Source of the DNA: a virus
IMG/VR virus record: IMGVR_UViG_3300045988_139374
Location: 96,001-160,000 of that record
Length of the DNA stretch: 64,000 nucleotides
Strand: one strand, 5' to 3'
A program made the translations under genes and the position numbers. A model generated the notes under the pieces. It saw only the letters and a list, made by a program, of their open reading frames with translations. It searched no databases and had not been told where the DNA came from. Below are positions 62,978 through 64,000 of the stretch, piece after piece; the first letter of the stretch is position 1; the number at the start of each line of letters is the position of its first letter.

Positions 62978-63967
62978 ATGACAAATGTAGAGATGATCTT
63001 AAAATTAATGGAACCAGAGCTCGATACTATTCAACTAGCTAAATTGAAGAACGTGCTTGACACAATCTTAAGAACATCAAGAAACGTCCTACCAAATGAA
63101 GAATTGATAGAACGATTCAAACAACAGAAGAGCTTAGTAGGATTGAAACCATCTTCATTAAATGGATATGTAACAGAGGTTAGAGCAATGGCAAGATACT
63201 ATAATGATAAAAGCTATTGCGATATTACTACTGCTGATATGAAGGATTATCTTGCTTATATGGTTAAAGCAAGAAATCTTCAAGCTGCTACATTACAGAC
63301 TAAGATTAGAGCTATTAGCTCTTTCTATGAATTCTTAGTAAATGAAGAATTTATTGATAAGAATCCTACTAATAAGATTGAAAGAGTCTTGTGTGAAAAG
63401 AAGATCAAGAAAGCTTTCTCTAATGCTGAGATGGATGCTATGAGAGCAGAATGCTTAACAAAGAGAGATAGAGCATTCTTTGAGTTCCTTTATTCTACTG
63501 GAACTAGACTTGCAGAAGTCATTGCCCTTAATGTAAAGGATATCAATTTCTCAGAAGGAGAAGTTATTGTCTTCGGTAAAGGACATAAGGAAAGAGTTGT
63601 TTATCTAAGTAACATTTGCATGAAATATTTACAAGAATACTTAGAAGAACGATATGCTCAACCAGATGAACCTTTATTTACACACTTGACAAATGGTCAT
63701 AGATTGACTCCTAGAGCAGCAGAATTAATTCTTAAAGATATTGGCGATAGAGTAGGAGTAGAAAATGTGCATCCTCACCGATTCCGTAGAACTTGTGCTA
63801 CTCACTTGATGGACAGAGGAATGCCTGTTGAACAGATTCGAGAAGTACTCGGTCACGCCAAGTTAGAGACTACTATGATTTATTGTAATGTGAATAGCAG
63901 TAAAGTTAAAGCTAGTTTTAAAGAAGCATTTAATAGAGATACATATTTTAATGATGTAAATATTTGA
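62978..63967 (+). CDS. Tyrosine site-specific recombinase (XerC/XerD/phage integrase family)
   Basis: YSTGTRLAEVIAL (catalytic Arg), HPHRFRRTCATHL (H-x-x-R), LGHAKLETTMIYCNV (catalytic Tyr). N-terminal SAM-like core-binding domain. Confidence 0.85.
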   Translation: MTNVEMILKLMEPELDTIQLAKLKNVLDTILRTSRNVLPNEELIERFKQQKSLVGLKPSSLNGYVTEVRAMARYYNDKSYCDITTADMKDYLAYMVKARNLQAATLQTKIRAISSFYEFLVNEEFIDKNPTNKIERVLCEKKIKKAFSNAEMDAMRAECLTKRDRAFFEFLYSTGTRLAEVIALNVKDINFSEGEVIVFGKGHKERVVYLSNICMKYLQEYLEERYAQPDEPLFTHLTNGHRLTPRAAELILKDIGDRVGVENVHPHRFRRTCATHLMDRGMPVEQIREVLGHAKLETTMIYCNVNSSKVKASFKEAFNRDTYFNDVNI

Positions 63968-63969
63968 TT

Positions 63970-63985
63970 AGATATTATAACTCTG
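63970..63985 (+). promoter_or_regulatory. Promoter-like 16-mer AGATATTATAACTCTG (site f)
   Basis: Lies 3 nt after the recombinase stop codon. The downstream gene is outside the window. Confidence 0.35.
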
Positions 63986-64000
63986 ATAGGAATACAAGAT

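Noticed and set aside
62978-63967. Reading the recombinase as proof that the window is an integrated prophage.
   Set aside because: No att-like repeats or bacterial housekeeping genes are visible in the window. Both flanks are phage-like, and the gene content (RNAP-like gene, topoisomerase, helicases, tRNAs) fits a large autonomous phage. The role of the recombinase is left open.

Overview
This window is AT-rich and very gene-dense, and reads as part of a large tailed-phage genome of jumbo-phage style. Nearly every gene has an AGGAGG-type Shine-Dalgarno sequence. It also carries an XkdX-like micro-gene and Listeria-Bacteroides-repeat/BspA-LRR proteins. From these I infer a low-GC Gram-positive-type host. 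The standard genetic code fits throughout.

Layout:
- 1-2285 (-): a large ORF that runs off the left edge.
- 2376-4104 (+): two genes and three tRNAs.
- 4198-18798 (-): a long leftward block. It holds a kinase-like protein, low-complexity proteins, RNase H, a prohead-protease-like gene and a pentapeptide-repeat protein.
- 18912-24977 (+): a 2021-aa ORF whose C-terminal half looks like a truncated multisubunit RNA polymerase beta subunit.
- 25024-28119 (-): a leftward cassette of small genes.
- 28258-48571 (+): paralogue families, an HEXXH peptidase, adhesin-like proteins, a 760-bp repeat-structured non-coding region, then a PD-(D/E)XK exonuclease, an Mre11/SbcD-like nuclease and a DnaB-like helicase.
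- 48624-49505 (-): a two-gene islet.
- 49616-62189 (+): a Dda/RecD-like helicase and GyrB-like and GyrA-like topoisomerase genes with extra ORFs around them.
- 62266-62928 (-): a GC-richer two-gene unit.
- 62978-63967 (+): a tyrosine recombinase.

Most proteins have no family I can recognise by eye.

Best leads:
1. Three ORF cassettes without start codons sit between two terminators. Each opens with the same 11-mer, TGACGCTTCTA.
2. A strand-matched 16-mer, AGATATT[AT]TAAnnnTG, punctuates the transcription units.
3. The 39.9-40.6 kb non-coding region is built from repeat units and contains a covarying hairpin.
4. The giant RNAP-beta-like fusion sits next to a Qnr-like pentapeptide protein.
5. 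A few genes form clear GC and codon-usage islands.

All functional calls rest on motifs read by eye. No database search was possible.
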